Shown here piece after piece: positions 25,531 through 26,778 of a stretch of DNA of 26,778 nt. Below the pieces are notes generated by a model. It was not told the DNA's origin and searched no databases. It was given only the letters and a program-made list of their open reading frames with translations. The position numbers were made by a program, and so were the translations under genes. Origin of the DNA: a virus (Duplodnaviria > Caudoviricetes); IMG/VR virus record IMGVR_UViG_3300010354_000522, positions 1 to 26,778 of that record; one strand, given 5' to 3'. Position 1 is the stretch's first letter. Every line of letters begins with the position of its first letter.

Positions 25531-26778
25531 CTAGCCAAGAGGAAATTCATCCAAGATTCCCAACGTGTCGTTATCTAACGTAAATTCAAACTCATCCACT
25601 GTTGTGTGGTAAATCGCATAACCCATAGGCCTTGCTGGTTCTACTGCATCAAGAACCATGAAGCTCTCCTCTCCGGCTGCATCAACATCTGGGGTTTCTG
25701 CAACCAAAGTTATTATCTGTATTTTGAATGGGTCTCCAAGATACCTACGAGAAATTGCTACAGAAAAACTAGAGTTATTCAGTTTGTAAAGAACTTTCTT
25801 TGCTGCACTAGATATTGCATCACGGCTTCCAGCTGAATTTCCGTAATAGCCAGTTAGTAGCTGCCATCTGCTGTACTCATCTTCAAGAGAAGTTGAGTCA
25901 TACAGCCTAGAGCCATCACTACCTATTATGTTTCGCTTGAGTTTTGCCCCATTAAACTGGGCCAACCACGTCATGTACCTTGGTTCAATAAAGTTTGGAT
26001 TTACAAGAGTTGAGTTTGTTAATTTATCTAGTTGATTTGATAGTGCTGCAATTTCATTAACTTCATATGGAAAATACTCTCTATACATTTCATATGTTTC
26101 TCCAGCAATATTGAAAAGGCAGTCAATAAGTCTGTGAAATGGAGCAATTGGATTGACCTGCTCATAATCTATGTCCCAGTAAAAATCTGGCATATATAAA
26201 CGAGCCTGATTCACAAATGTGTTTTCGTAGTACATCTGATCATCAATTAGGTGCGGAAGTGTCATATATATTGGCTGACCTTCATGACCTGAAAAGGTTA
26301 TTGATGCAGATACAGAGTAAGTTGCTGAACTTGATTGTGGAATAGTTACTGTATTTGACCTAGCGGCACCATATCTTCCACCGAATATCTCTTGGGAATA
26401 TCCATCACCTATAGTTTCACCATCAACTGAAAGCAGCGCTGTAATCGTTGATTTAACTGATGGATGAACTTTGGCATTAAAAGAGAATCTTCTGCTGTTA
26501 TCAGCAAGAACTAATTCTGTTCCTGGAAGATAAATAGTTACATCACTACTAGTACTTGGAGATATCTTCAGAGCATAGACATCAAGATTACTTTGACCCT
26601 CTGATGTCACAGATAGTGTCGCTCGAGTACTCAAAACATTATTTTCCAAATATTCTGGAGTCTTCCATCCATCTGCATATATTGGAGTAATTTCTCCAGT
26701 TGTTGGAACAAAACTTACAGAGCCAGAAGCAAGAGATATTGCGCTTAATGTAGATATTGTTTTAAAATAAATATTAGA
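25531..26778 (-). CDS. Putative baseplate/tail protein, P2 gpI-like C-terminal half (5'-truncated)
   Basis: The frame is open from the window end (SNIYFKTISTL...PEYLENNV). YMPDFY, LVNP...YMTWLAQFNG, AGS.DAI and RPMG resemble tail protein I/baseplate wedge motifs. It lies directly upstream of fibre genes. Confidence 0.6.
   Translation of the reverse strand, partial: SNIYFKTISTLSAISLASGSVSFVPTTGEITPIYADGWKTPEYLENNVLSTRATLSVTSEGQSNLDVYALKISPSTSSDVTIYLPGTELVLADNSRRFSFNAKVHPSVKSTITALLSVDGETIGDGYSQEIFGGRYGAARSNTVTIPQSSSATYSVSASITFSGHEGQPIYMTLPHLIDDQMYYENTFVNQARLYMPDFYWDIDYEQVNPIAPFHRLIDCLFNIAGETYEMYREYFPYEVNEIAALSNQLDKLTNSTLVNPNFIEPRYMTWLAQFNGAKLKRNIIGSDGSRLYDSTSLEDEYSRWQLLTGYYGNSAGSRDAISSAAKKVLYKLNNSSFSVAISRRYLGDPFKIQIITLVAETPDVDAAGEESFMVLDAVEPARPMGYAIYHTTVDEFEFTLDNDTLGILDEFPLG

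Noticed and set aside
432-25836. Many short antisense or alternate-frame ORFs in the track (e.g. 432..755, 8984..9319, 10281..10646, 24473..24883)
   Set aside because: They lie almost entirely within well-supported genes and have no motifs or RBS.
26647-26649. TTG 26649 as the start of the baseplate-like gene
   Set aside because: The frame stays open for 43 more codons to the window end.
1-26778. Stop-codon reassignment
   Set aside because: Genes are full-length and densely packed under the standard code. TAA, TAG and TGA all end genes at sensible boundaries.

Overview
This window looks like a fragment of a large tailed-phage (Caudoviricetes) genome, and an actinobacterial host is inferred but not proven. 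Two converging tail-fibre modules, <1..4443 (+) and 21904..>26778 (-), enclose a ~17.5 kb island of tailoring-type enzymes. The island holds eight prolyl-4-hydroxylase-like Fe(II)/2OG dioxygenases (one fused to a NAD(P)-binding dehydrogenase domain), two TauD-like dioxygenases, a NodU/CmcH O-carbamoyltransferase with a small upstream partner ORF, two SGNH-like paralogs, a DUF6065-like protein, a degenerate O-methyltransferase, a divergent glutathione peroxidase and a family of small paralogs. The island begins directly after a 182-aa gene encoding a PASTA domain plus 23 tandem Pro-Pro-X-Phe repeats (PPFF/PPHF). The best candidate for an undescribed system is a phage-encoded, RiPP-like post-translational tailoring pathway that acts on this proline-rich, probably virion-associated repeat protein. 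That link is inferred from gene context only. All family calls come from motifs recognised by eye, and no searches were run. No RNA genes, CRISPR arrays or mobile elements were seen. Both terminal CDSs are cut by the window edges.
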